DNA of 64,000 nt from Lama glama (Eukaryota). The notes under the pieces are model-generated. The model worked only from the letters and a program-made list of their open reading frames with translations. It made no database searches and was not told where the DNA came from. The stretch is taken from NCBI GenBank assembly GCA_028534125.1, contig CM052818.1:42782001-42846000 (forward strand), written 5' to 3'. Position 1 is the stretch's first letter. Each line of letters opens with the position of its first letter. Made by a program: the position numbers and the translations under genes. Below, in pieces: positions 50,461-62,768 of this stretch.

Positions 50461-50668
50461 CACTGGTGCTCAAGAAAAAGCAGAGAGGATGCAAATCGAC
50501 ATTCTTAGGAGTTTTGGGAAATGACAGAGGAGTTTCTGGCTGTCACAGTAACTGAGGGATGTCAAAGGCAGCTGGAGAACTGACACTTAGGTATGTTAAG
50601 CTTTCCACATACCGAAGAACTGTTTCAACCCAAATGCTCCTGGGTCCTATTCCTTGGGAGAAACACCA
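50461..50668. mobile_element. hAT-Charlie MITE (MER20B-like)
   Basis: CACTGGTGCTCAA...TTTGGGAAATG...TGGCTGTCACAGTAACTG...GAAGAACTGTTTCAACCCAAATG...GAGAAACACC. Confidence 0.45.
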
Positions 50669-51619
50669 GCAAATGAGCTCTAATGTTATTATATTTTTTC
50701 TGGTGTGAGTATTCTTTAAAAGAATCTTAAAAAGAATCCTATGGGGGCTTTTCTGTTTTCCCCTCGCAGGTTCACACGCGAGGACATCTCTCTGGAACGC
50801 TCATCAAGGATGCCAGCCTGAAATTTCCCATCTTCCCTTCAGACGCCTCGGAAATGATAAGTCAGGCTTCCAAAGGCCTTTTTCTCCAATTATGTGGGAA
50901 TCAAAGAATGCAAAATCGCTTCTCGCTGGTCCGTTTTGCTCTCAGAGTTTGATGAACTGGCTCTGGGTTCCTTTCTTTCTTCCCCCAGAGGAAAAGGTCA
51001 TGGGAAGGCCACTTTCCTTCTGACTTGGCGCGCTCCTCACCAAGCTATTATTTTCACAGTGACTCCTTTCAGTGCCTCTTTGTTCCGTGAAGCCTTCTGT
51101 TGACAGTCTGCTCAAGGGGCTTAGAATGAGGCTTACGGAGGATGGATGGGGGACTGAAGGACTGGGTGCAAGTCACTGAGCCAGGCATTCTTGCTCTGTT
51201 TCCTCTTCCTTAACCCCTTATCCCCTCTTGCTCCCCTAAGGTTGAAATGCCCTTTTTAATAACTTCCAGTCAGTGCTTACCTGTCTGAGGAAATAAGGCA
51301 CAAAACAAGGGAAATAAAACACGTCGAATCTATCGACATCCACCCTCAACAACATCATGGCAGAAGCTTTGAGTCCTCTCCGCCCGCCCCACAGTGCCCC
51401 CCTCCCCATTCCCCCCCACCCCCACCCCCAGTGTTTCCAGTGGGATTTTTCATGCTCAGAGTTTCCTCTGGAACAGTGTCTCGCTGGCTCTTTCAGTCAA
51501 TGTTGATGCCTCATGTCTTCCCGGGCTCTGTTCTCTACCAAAGGGTCCATCTTAGAAGTTCAGGGCTGGAAGGTAACCTTGATGTAATCTGAAACCATGA
51601 CCCCATTTAACAGATCTGA

Positions 51620-51932
51620 CCAATGTTGTCCATAGAAGTATAAAGGGAGACACATATGTTCATTTAAAATTTTCCAGTAGCCACATTCAAAACTGTTAAA
51701 GGAAAAAGACATAACTGAGATTAGTAATATATTTTAACCAACCCAATACCTCTGGAATAGTATCATTTCAATGTGTATTCAATATCACATTTATTAATGG
51801 GGTATTTGCATTCTTTTCCTCATCTTAAATATCTGAAATTCAGTATGTATTTTGCAGACTTCAATGTGGACTAGCTGCATTGCAGGTGCTCAGTTGCCAC
51901 CTGAGACTCGTGGCTACTGTTGAGCTGGCCCA
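51620..51932. mobile_element. MER33 hAT-Charlie element inserted in a MIR
   Basis: GTTGTCCATAGAAGTATAA...TAAAATTTTCCAGTAGCCACATT...GGACTAGCTGCATTGCAGGTGCTCAGTTGCCAC...GTGGCTACTGT; MIR-like flanks on both sides. Confidence 0.8.
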
Positions 51933-53534
51933 GGATTAGAACAGCAAATTTACGGGGAGCAAGTGACTTGCTTAAGGTCGTACAGCTTGTTGACAACAGA
52001 GCCAGCCTCTTGATCCCTGCTCTGGTGTTTTTCGTGAAACAGTGTTTCTGACAATGATCATGCTTAGGACGTGTCTTTGAACTTGGAAGATGGATTATAT
52101 AAGTCTCGAGTGATTTGGCGGTGAAAATCTATAGTGGTTTTAGCATAACGCTAAAAAGATTATACTTCTAATAATTTCTGTTTTATGAGATTATTGTTAT
52201 AAGAGGAAGACTGTGACCAGAAAATTTCATTTCCAGTGATACTGATGGACAAGAGTTAATTTAAATTGTGGTATGAATATCTGTCTTCTTTCAGGTCTAT
52301 TTTGATTATCGTGGACCTAGTAATAGCATTTATGTCAGTAGCTAGGTACTAGGAAATTACTGCTTATTTCCATTAGAATCTATCAAAATGCACATTTTAG
52401 AAGCGGCTCTTTGTTTCAGCTTCTCCATCTATGCTTAGTTCCCGTCTACCTTAATTACCAAGCCTGAGGGCTTGGCTCTAAGCTGCCACTGTACTAGGCC
52501 TGTTTCAGGACCACCCATGCATGTGGGACTCCACAGACAAAGCCCTGGGGGTCTGAAAGTTCCACACTGAATCCCAAAGTGTGAAATCTGATTCACGCCA
52601 AAATAAACACTCCCAAGGTCTAACTTGCATTATATTCAAAGTGATCAGGCATCACAGTGAACCAACGTCTCTGGTCCTTGGCTGGAAATCCCCACTCTCA
52701 CTCACCATATGCTCTCGAGAAATTCACTTTATTTCTTTAGAATCAGTGCCCTTTCTAAATGGCGAGGAATGATATCCACCCTACTTACTATGTAGGACTT
52801 CACTTTCTAAGATGTTTCAAGGAACACTGGTCCCACGGGACTGCACTATCAAAATGGGAAATCCATGGTCCGGCAAGTTTGGGAAATTCTGAATACTCTT
52901 AGGGATTCAAAATACATAACAAAATGTATTTTAAAGACCTGGGTAGTATTACAGAAAAAAACAATTTTTTATTTAACTTGATATTTCCTAAATGTTTGTG
53001 AGCCAGGAATGATTTGACCTCTTTCCCCCCCACTACCCATTGCATGGAACAGGCTTAGAGAAATGTTGTTTTAAAGGCAAAGTGGACAAAGATCTGTGAA
53101 AGATACTTAGATATTTAGATGTCTGGTACCATTTCTCAAGCATAGGTTGTTAAAACACGCTTAGTGCCTTACTTCTAAGAGTGTCTTGCTGCCCCAGTAT
53201 CAGCCTACAGTCTCCCCAACACTGCACTTCCCTTCTGCAAACACAGAGTTTTATATTTAATGCTGTACTTGTTCATCTACTTTTGGCATCAATTAAACAA
53301 CAGATATCATAGGATAAGAAAATTGTGGCCACACAAAATTCAGAACTTAAGATTCTAAAACCATCACACTCTTGAGTGTTTCACTCCATACTGTCTTCTC
53401 CCTCTTCCTCCTCCCCTGCATCTTCCACTTTCTCCATTTTTTCTGCCCCTGCCCCCGCCCCCCGCCGCTTTCCTTGTCCCTTTTCCTTCACTGTCTCTGA
53501 TGATGTAGCCTTTTGATCTAGGTCAACCAAGTTT

Positions 53535-53990
53535 CATGAGTCCTTACTTATTGAGAAGAGCACCATGCTAGTTCTGGGACCAAAGAACAATGCAGCCTGG
53601 ACATCGCTCTCAAAAATCTTACTTTCTGGTAGACAAGATGTTCATGTAACATGATTCTAGCTGAGTGTGACGCATGTAATAATGGATTCTCTGTAAGTCG
53701 CCTGGACAGTGGAGTCGCCTAGACAATGGAGGGGTTGAGCTTGCTGGGAAAGGTGGAAAGGACCTTGTTCATTGAGTGCTTCACACAGTGTGGGATGTCT
53801 GAGCACACCTGCCAGCAACTCGTAGGCAGTCAAGGGTAGGAAGGTGGTTCCACTAGAGAGGGCAGAATGTGAAAAGGCACTGAGGCATGGAAAGGCAAGG
53901 TGTACATTGGAGATACAAATCATCCAAGTAAGCAGGGGAAATATGGAGAGAAAATGCTAAGGCGACATCACAAGGGGACCTGTATCCCTA
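53535..53990 (-). mobile_element. L2 fragment
   Basis: TACTTATTGAG...GTTCTGGGAC...CTCTCAAAAATCTTACTTTCTGG...GAAAAGGCACTGAGGCATGGAAAG. Confidence 0.5.
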
Positions 53991-54924
53991 CTGCCCTTTG
54001 GGCAGAAGCCTCCTAACATTTCAAAGCCTTGAAACTCCTTGATATATGTTTTTACCTAGAAGCTCAGAATTTGCTTGGTAGTTTGTCTGGCTAAAACGAG
54101 GCCAGGGAGCTTCTAAAAGTTACAACTGGAAAGTCGCTGCAGTAGAATGTGCTCTTATTTGCATTTTCTAGTAGAAACACTGTCGGTTTTTGTTAGGGGA
54201 TAAATAGTTTTCCAAATTAAGGGAAAAGGAAAGGGGTGAAGGAAAACATTCACTTTCTTGGGCGCTAGTTAAATGGAAGTCCAGGAACCTGTCTTGCTGT
54301 TCAGTAACACGTGGCAGCAGCTTTCAAGAAAAAGAAATGCTGGTGTACAGTCCCTCACTCTGCTCTTAAATATGCGGGAACGCATTTTAAAAACAGTTTA
54401 GAACTAAAATCAGACCCATTTACATCTTCTACTCCTTTGAGGCCTTTTAGCGATAGACATGTCTAAGCTGCGTTTATTCACAGGGGAGCAGAATTATCTC
54501 TGATTACCAAGTGCTTTCTGCTTGTCTGAGAGCTGCAACAAACCCCAGCTCGGTCCACTGGGGTAGGGGCGGGCTTGTGAAATCAAAGATGGGGAAGGTT
54601 TGGGTGAAAGGATGTTTCTTACACATATTGTAAAGATGGGTTTGAACTTGGAAGCATCAGAGAGAAGGCTTTGGGTTACTTTTATTGACAGACCTGGATG
54701 GGCTTCCTCAAGAGACAGCTCTGTCCTTACAAGGCTGTCTTCCATCAACCCCCTCTTGATGTGAAGGGTTTTTTAACTCCACCCATAGCAATACAGCAGA
54801 CAAATGCAGAAAAATGGACTCACCTGGCTTTTAAATCCATATCTATGACTTCTTTTCTCCCATATAAACAGAAATGCAAAACCAAGGCCTTGGTATGTTG
54901 TGTCTGTTTTGTTTTTAAATTCCT

Positions 54925-55430
54925 CTTTATTTTTCACAGAGTAATACATCTTCACCATGGTTTAATTAAAAAAAAAACACATAGATGCAAAAAGAAGAAA
55001 TTAAAAGCTACTGGTAATAACTCTGGAAATAACTGCTCTGAATATTTTAGAGTATATCCTTCTAGATTTTTTTCTTACACACACGCATATTACAATATTT
55101 ATTTAAGAAATGAGATTATGCTGCACAAATTGCTTTGTTACTCAGTTTTCTCATTTTAAAAACATCAGAAACAAAAATAATTTTAAAGTCAATAGATGAG
55201 TTTGTTCCACAACATAGCTTTTCTGTGGATGTGTACTATTTCTTTATAAAGATAGATCCTCATTTATTTAAACAAATTCTTATTTCGAGGCATGTGGTTT
55301 CCAGGCTTGCCCTGTTCTAACAGTGCTAGGAAACATCCCAGCTAAATGGTGCCTTCATTTATACTTGTCTTAGAATAATCTACTCGAGTGGAATTTCTGG
55401 GTCCAAGGCTCTGTGCACTGTGAACGCTGT
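54925..55430 (-). mobile_element. Old L1ME 3'-end remnant
   Basis: AGTAATACAT...AATAACTGCTCTGAATATTTTAGAGTATATCCTTCTAGATTTTT...AAATGAGATTATGCT...GAGTGGAATTTCTGGGTC. Confidence 0.65.
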
Positions 55431-55953
55431 TGGCAGGCTCTATCAGCGGTCCTCAAGGATGAAGGCGATCCTTTTTCATACCCCCAGTGTGAATGTATGA
55501 GGCTACTTCTTTCCAATCAGCATCACCAGTTCTAGTCAATGTTGTTTCAGTGAGTTTAATCTCATTTTGAATTCCTGCGACTCGACGCCTCCTCCCCCGA
55601 TTGGGTCTCATAGAAGATGCGCTCAAGGAGATGCGGCGAGGGTCGATGCGGTGCGTGAGGCAGAGAAGGGCTGTGTAGGACCAGCTCGGTGTCGTGTTCA
55701 CAGGGGATTTAAGTTCATTATGGGGCTTCACCCTATCGTTCATTGATGGGCTTTATGTCTGAACTGTAGAAGCTCCAGGGTAAGGAAGAGCTTTCTTACT
55801 TACAAAGCGAGGGGATTCTCTGCATCCTGAGGCAGGTCCCTTATCAGGGAGCGGGAAACAGATGCCTCAAGGACCCTTAAAATCAACTGGAAGCAGGGCA
55901 AGTCAGGCAGGTGCAGGGATCCAAGAGGGTGGACAGTTTAAAAGTAAACATAG

Positions 55954-56215
55954 GGGAGAAGAGAGTGGGAAGGGATAAATTGGGAGTTTGAGATTTGCAG
56001 ATACTAACTAATATATACCTAAAACAGATAAACAACAAGTTTATACTGTACAGCACAGGGAGTGATACTCAATATCTTGTAGTAACGGTGAAAAAACATA
56101 TGAAAACAAATATATGTATGTTCCTATGTGACTGAAGTATTGTGCTGTACACCAGAAATTGACACAACATTGTAAACTGACTATACTTAAAAAAAAAACC
56201 CATATATATATTTTT
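55954..56215 (+). mobile_element. 5'-truncated artiodactyl-type L1 3' end
   Basis: GGGAAGGGATAAATTGGGAGTTTGAGATTTGCAGATACTAAC...ACTGACTATACTTAAAA; TSD AAAAGT(A/G)AA(C/T)ATAG at 55940-55953 and 56216-56229, at a TT|AAAA endonuclease site. Confidence 0.9.
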
Positions 56216-58114
56216 AAAAGTGAATATAGTCATTGGCCAGAGCTTGGAAATACTAAAAGCCCTCAAGAGAAAAATGATCTTCTCTAGGGCATTTTTCACT
56301 GACTTACATTTCAGCATCATTCCATTGCCCTTGTCTGGACCATGGCTTTTTTTTTTTTCTTCCTGGATTGAAAAGCATTAGAGCATGATGGCGAAGCAGG
56401 TTGGTGGGGAGAGTCAGCATTCTGGCCCCACCATTTCCTGGCTCGTGGAGTTTGAGCTCTTCTCTGAGTGGTTTCCAGGTCTGTAAGAAGTGGTGATGAC
56501 ACGTGCAGGGCTGTGTGCGGGTGGGTGGGAAGGGATGGGACGGTGTGTGGGATTTAGTAACCCTCCCTCCATGGCCGTGCCACGCTTGCTTTGGTCCCTT
56601 GTCCTCTGCTTACACAGAGGCTGCTTGGATCCCCTAAAGGTGACTCACTGGGTCACAGAGGGCGACAAATGTTGCCCCACCATTCACCACCTTCCATGGT
56701 ATCACGTTGAGCAGAGAGCACGGGAGAACTTCCTTTCCTGTTTTCTTAAATGGAATCATTTTCCTTTACTTTCCTGCCAGTGCATCATTTTGTCCTCATA
56801 AGTCATATCGTCTGCTGTGTCTCCCTCTCTGTGCTCGTGGCTAGAAAGCTGAGGGGTGAACATGTGGCCGACTTCTATCTACCACGCAGAGCCTCACAGG
56901 AGTCATTCCGCATACCGGCCACCCTGCTGCCTGCATCTTCTCTTTCTTCTATGTATTCCTCACCTGCTTATATTTTCTCAAATTTAATTTTATCTTGTAT
57001 GTATGCTGTAAACAACTTTAAATTGCTTTTTAGAACAAGGCAGCGCAGAACAAAAGGAATAAAAATAAAAGAGAAAATAAAACTCATCCATGGTACCCAC
57101 CCTGAGGTAAATCCTGTTTTTATACTGCAGTCATTTTCTTCCTCCCCCCTCCTTCTCGCTGTCTCTGTCTCCATCCATCCATCCATCCAGTTTATCTGCA
57201 GGCATGCAATGTATGATTTTTCACATAGTAATAGTCCATCAACAGTTTATCATAAAAAGTTCATCATAAAATGACTTTTAATGGCCATCTAGTCCTTGAT
57301 CATATGATAAGCCATGGTTTACCTAATTATTCTTGTCATTAAAGTTTAGGTTTTTATTGTCCTTTGCTGCATAACATTCATCTTTATAACCATGATCACC
57401 ATCACCCCTTATCCATTTGTACAAAGCTTGGCTTGTGTTTGTTATAAAATACTTAGAGATATGTTACTGGCAATAATCTTTCTCCTGTTACAAGAAATGA
57501 AATTAAAGCGTAATAGTCACTGTGTCTGTCCAGCAGAGGTGGGAAGCAGGGGAGTAGGACTCCCTGCATCAGCAAGGAAGCAAGTCTAGAGCTTGAGAGT
57601 GGAAATGTCTTCTCCCTCGGGCAAGGCAAGCAGAGAGCTTTGCTAGAGAAGCTGGTGAGGATTGCAGACAGGGTGTAGGGATGGATCCCTGCTACCCAGT
57701 GCTTCCCCTTCCTCAGACTTCCAAAGGCAGCCTCTGGTGGGCTCACCTAGGATGGGGGAGAGGACCGCCACTGGAGTATGGCTCCCGGGGAGCCTGGAGT
57801 TCAGAGACTTCATCACATCTTCCCCAAAGATCTGATCCCTCATTACCTGGTTTTCAGGCAAAGTACTAGAATCTGACATCCCCAGATATTTCCAGGGTTT
57901 TGAGTTAGATATTTGCCCCACTCCTGAAGGGCATTTTTAAACAGGATCTTGGAGCTTTCAGCGTTTATCTTTCATTAGAGATTAGGAGCACCGTTTAAAA
58001 TTCCTCTGCCTAAAAGGCCCCTGCCTGTAGCTTCCATGCCTTGTTTCCAAAGCCTGAGGCCTTTTCTTGTGCCTCTGTGATTAGGCGACGTGTTCTGTCT
58101 GCGTCTCCTGACTA

Positions 58115-58244
58115 TAGTCATCCTTCCGTATCTGAGGGGAATTGGTTTCAGGAACCTACGAGGATAACAAACTCCAGGGATGCTCAAGTCCCGTATATGA
58201 AATGGCGTAGTTCAACATCCATGGGCACAGAGGAGGACGGACTG
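58115..58244. mobile_element. Internally deleted MER2-like Tigger MITE
   Basis: TAGTCATCCTTCCGTATCTGAGGGGAATTGGTTTCAGGA...GGATGCTCAAGTCCCGTATATGAAATGGCGTAGT...GGAGGACGGACTG with TA on both sides. Confidence 0.75.
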
Positions 58245-60984
58245 TATTCCATCTCCCACTGCTACTGAAGTCGGACTCAGATCTCTTTCAAAAACCACGT
58301 TGCCTGCACAGGTCCTTCTGGTTGTGATGACATCTGTGTCAGCAAAAGCAGCTCTTGCTCGTGCTCTTTTCCAGAAGCAGGTCTGGGTTGACAGCAGCCA
58401 GTGGCACTAAAGTCACTTCTTGCAGAAACAGGAATGGTTAAAGTCAGGACCGGTATGTCCTGATAGTGCCTTTAAAACAGGGCAAATCTCCTATAAACCT
58501 GATTAATCCATTCATCCATTAATTAACTTGTTCGTTCTGCAACAGGGACGCCCCCTACGTGGCCATGCAGTGTGTGTGCTTTGATCATTCTGTCTCTAGG
58601 ATACAAATGCTCAGTCCCTCCCCCATCCCCACTCACATCTCCCATCAGTCATGAGTTAAAAACTCTGACAGTCAGTCAGTCATCCCCTAAATATCTCCCT
58701 CCTCACTGTACTGTGTCTTGGAGGCGAGGGTGGGAGGAGAGGGGAGGTCATTTCTACTTGGCAAAGGAGGTGCTGATGGCTGAGATGGAGGTGACCTTGG
58801 TGAGTTGCACCCAGGCACAGTACCTGGTCCGACTGCCCTCCCACAGCAGCTGCAGACCCAGGCCATCATCACGTTCTGTGGCAGTGAGTCTTCAGTTTGG
58901 GGCTGCCCACTCCCCAGTGATGTACTGAGGGGAGAAGCAATAGCCAAATTGGCAAAGACATTTGATTTCAGGTTCTCTCAGCAAAGATTGGGGCTGAGGC
59001 AGGCTAGTGGTGATGCTGCCACTTATGGGCATGGGATGTTAGGGGCGCGGGATGGTGGGAGAGGGGTGGAGAGCAGATCTCTCCAACGCAAGCCTTGAGC
59101 TATCAGCAGGGGAGGCTTGGAAGGCTGACCCATTTCAGAGGCCGGGTCCACCGCGAGTGCTCCTATACGCTGGTCTCTCGGGGCAAAATACGACATTTTT
59201 AGCTCTGCCAGTTAACTTTGTTTTCGAGCACAGCTACCTCTCCAAATATGGTTACCTTTGTTACTTCAGGAACCCAGTTGTCCCCTCCTTTCCCTGCCCG
59301 ATGGTGAGCTTTTCTCTCTAAAACTCTAAAACACGAAGGGTTCAGTCAGATAATCTTTCTCAAGAGGATGAGTCTACTGATCACTCTTCTGAGCAGGCCA
59401 CCCCAGGGCTTCCACAGTGATGCCCATTCCTGCCAATACTGACATGATTTGTAATAGTCTCGTGAAAAAAGAACAAAAGGCAACACTATTCCCAGAGATA
59501 ACCTGCCACTGTCCGTCCATCTGTTCATTCATGTGGCAAACCCCAAGGGCCAGGAGTTTGTAAATAAACCACGGGCATTCCAGACCTGGGCCCAATGAGA
59601 AACTTGATTTTTCCCCCCATTTCTCACTCTTCCCAGGCTTTTCCTGGCTTCTGGCACCTGGACTTTGTCTCCTATTATTGGCTGGAGCAGGTGCCTCATA
59701 GTTGATGGCTGAAGTGAGCTCCTCCAGCTGGATGCTGGGCCCCCCTAGGACCCAGATAGAACTTGACTCCTTGGCCCTTTGCCCTCCTGGTCCCTCTGGG
59801 CAGCTGCTCTGCACCTGCAGCCCCGGGCCCAGGACCTTCAGTCTGGGGCTGGCCAGACCTCCCTCAGCCTCCCAGAGGGGGCATTGCTTACTGTCCCTTG
59901 TGCCACAAATTATTCAGTCCGATAAACCCTGGGCAATGCATTTTCTGACTTAGTTTATTTCTCAAGGATGCTTTTAAAGTCATCTTTTTGCGAGGAATGG
60001 GGCTGGGGTTTAGCTTACCTTGTTGGCATTTTGTGAAAGATACATGGTTCTTGAGTATATTTGAAAAATAATCTCCCTTCTTTCTTCTCAGCCCGATCCC
60101 ATCACTGTCCAAGGTCAAAACTGCCCTTCTTCCCAGACTGTGCAAGAAACCATGGATAGTAGAATAGAAATAATTTCTCCTAATCAAAATGAATCATTTC
60201 AATATAAGTTGAAAGGGCACTAACCCACCCTGAGAGCGTCTTCTTTGAGACCTACTTTTGTCACCAGCTAGCTGTGAGACCTCTGCAGTACTTGACCTCC
60301 GGGACCCTCTCCTCTGCCCTTTGGAGACAGAGGCTGCAGCATGAGTGTACCAAAGGGATGGTGCATCTTTAAGGATATGACATGAACAGATAACCAGAGC
60401 TTCGATTTAGATATTTTGTTTTTACTCTATGGATAAACCTTGATATTTAGAGGGTAGCAAAATTGTGCTCCTCTACGTACAGCCATTTGAAGTTAATTAG
60501 GCAGTGAATCTTAATTACCTACGTTAGTCGAGCCTGCTAAAATAAAATGTGCACATTGTCTTCCAATCTGCCATTAAGAGCAGAAGCACAGTCAGTCATA
60601 CCCTTGGTCAGCGACCACTGACTCCAGGGTGTTTCAACTCATGACTGTATTTTCCCTTGAGGCTAAGAGTTTCCAGCTCTGGGATGAGCTGCAATGTTCT
60701 CTCCTGAAATGAGGAGGGACACCTAAGGACACAGTAACATGTATGCCCCGCCACTCCCGCACAGTAGGGGCATTGGCTACTCTTAAAAGCCTTTCAACAG
60801 ACTGTTAAATAGCTCAGAGTCCACCACACTCCTCTTCCTCAACTCGTAAAATCTTGCATCTGCAAATATCTCAGCTGCCATTACTGTCAGAGCAGTGAAA
60901 TCTCTAGGATTAAGGTCATCCTCATTAGAACAGAATGTTTCACTGTCTGGATTTCGATGTAGCATTTCACACACCCCCTTCTCC

Positions 60985-61150
60985 ACTATGTAGAGCCAAA
61001 GAATTTTAGAAACCATCTAATTCTTCTCCTCATCAGGCCCATTTTGCTGATATGAAAACTGAGTCTTAGGTGGGACAAATGTTTTCTCTACAGTCATGCA
61101 ACAGCTGGTAGCAAACCTAGAACTAGAATCCAGACTTTGACTGCCGGTTT
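60985..61150 (-). mobile_element. MIR fragment
   Basis: CCCATTTTGCTGATATGAAAACTGAG...AGTCATGCAACAGCTGGTAG...ACTAGAATCCAG. Confidence 0.65.
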
Positions 61151-62419
61151 ATTACCAAAAAGTGTGTGTTTGGTTTGATAAAGTGGAATTTAAAATGCTG
61201 AAAGTGGAGGGGAAAGAATTTCAAAAGATTAACCAAAGGAAAGAATGATTTTCCCCAAATGGGCTGTAAGCCCTTTGATGCAGGCAAAGCCTTGGAAGTG
61301 GATCTTGGTTAAGTTTCCTTTTACAGCTGTGCAGACTTACACTTCTCCTTCGTACCTGGGAACACGGTGCATTAGTCATGCAAACAGAATCTATTTGTCT
61401 TGAGACTTTGCAGAGAAGGGAAAAAAACGGTAATGGCAAAATTAAGAGAAGTGATCACAGCTGTGCTTTGGCAGAGCAACCCGGAACCACCTCCTAAAGT
61501 GAGACACGGAAGCCGTCCTTGAGAAAGAAACCCGGATGAAGACGTTAATGAGAGCAGTTCTACTGATGCGCCTGGAATCCCCAGTACAGCTGGCTCTCGT
61601 GTCTCAGCCTTTCCAGTTTTCAGGCATTTAAATACTAGACACCTCATCAAAATAATGCAAAATCTATTTGTCTTCTTGTGTGTTTTAAATGTGCAAAGTA
61701 AGTCATGTTTTACTGCTGTAAGACATTAGAATGTTTCAGTGAGGGAGGTTAGAGGGCTTTATAACATGCAAGTATCTGAATATGGAAACGATTACTATTA
61801 ACCACTCAGTAGTTCATAGGTACTTGCTTGAAGTCTAGGCACTTGCCAGGCAACCACGTTATTAAATATGTGAAGCGGAATTTCTCACCAGGCGATCAAC
61901 ACACACCTGCCGCTGACACACTGGAGGCCCTTGACGAGTGCAGACGTATGGGCCCCCTTCCACGGCTGCTGCAGCCAGTTCTCTGGGGAAGCATCTGAGT
62001 ATTTGCATCGCTAACCTGCTTCCTGGGGGCTTCGGATACAGGAGAGTACCCTAAGAGTATGGACCCTTTTCTGCCTCCTTATTCAAAGCTACCTACTCCG
62101 TTGGATGCATGCAACTTAACCTGAGCTTAAATTGGGTCGAAAGGCAGTTTGAGGCAAGTTTGTGACTGGCCTTGTTTTCCAGGGCAGATAACTGATGCTT
62201 TACTCCGTAGCAGTGGGTAGCTAAGCACGATCTTTGAGCAAAGTAGACCGCTAGACTTGGTGTTAAGAAAAATAACCCTGGTAGCAGTGGGGAGGAGAGG
62301 CAGCAGTGAGAAGACCGATCCAGTAATCCAGAACTGGTTCTCAGTGACTATTTCTCATCTTTTTATGTTGCTGCAAAATCATCTGATTGATAGGAAAGAA
62401 AATGTATGAATTCCTCTCC

Positions 62420-62768
62420 ACCCTACTCCCCACCGCGCCTGCCCTGCAGGAAAAGAGGCTTGGAGTGGGCGCCTTTCTTTCTCTGCGTGTTTGCCCCTCT
62501 GCGCTGGCGGGAAATAGCTAGTCTGATTAGCGTTAACGATGCCCTGGTTAGTCCGGGAGGCCTCCACTTTGGGCGTGCATTGGCATCACCTGGACGGCGT
62601 GTGAAGCCGACTGCTGGCCCCGCCCCCGAGACTCCTGATTGGTTGGTCTGGGCCCAATAAGTTTGTGCTGCTAACAAGCTCCCGGTGATGCTGGTGCGGC
62701 ACCCGACCGAGAGCCGCTGCCTTTGGTCCAAGCTTCTCTTTCCCTGGAGGCCTCAGGAAACAGTAAGT
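62420..62768 (+). promoter_or_regulatory. Orphan promoter-like element with putative first exon and splice donor
   Basis: E2F-type TGGCGGGAAA 62505-62514; ATTGG 62579-62583 and 62638-62642; GC box GGCCCCGCCCCC 62616-62627; CCAAT 62654-62658; CA|GTAAGT donor 62763-62768; local CpG enrichment. Confidence 0.6.
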
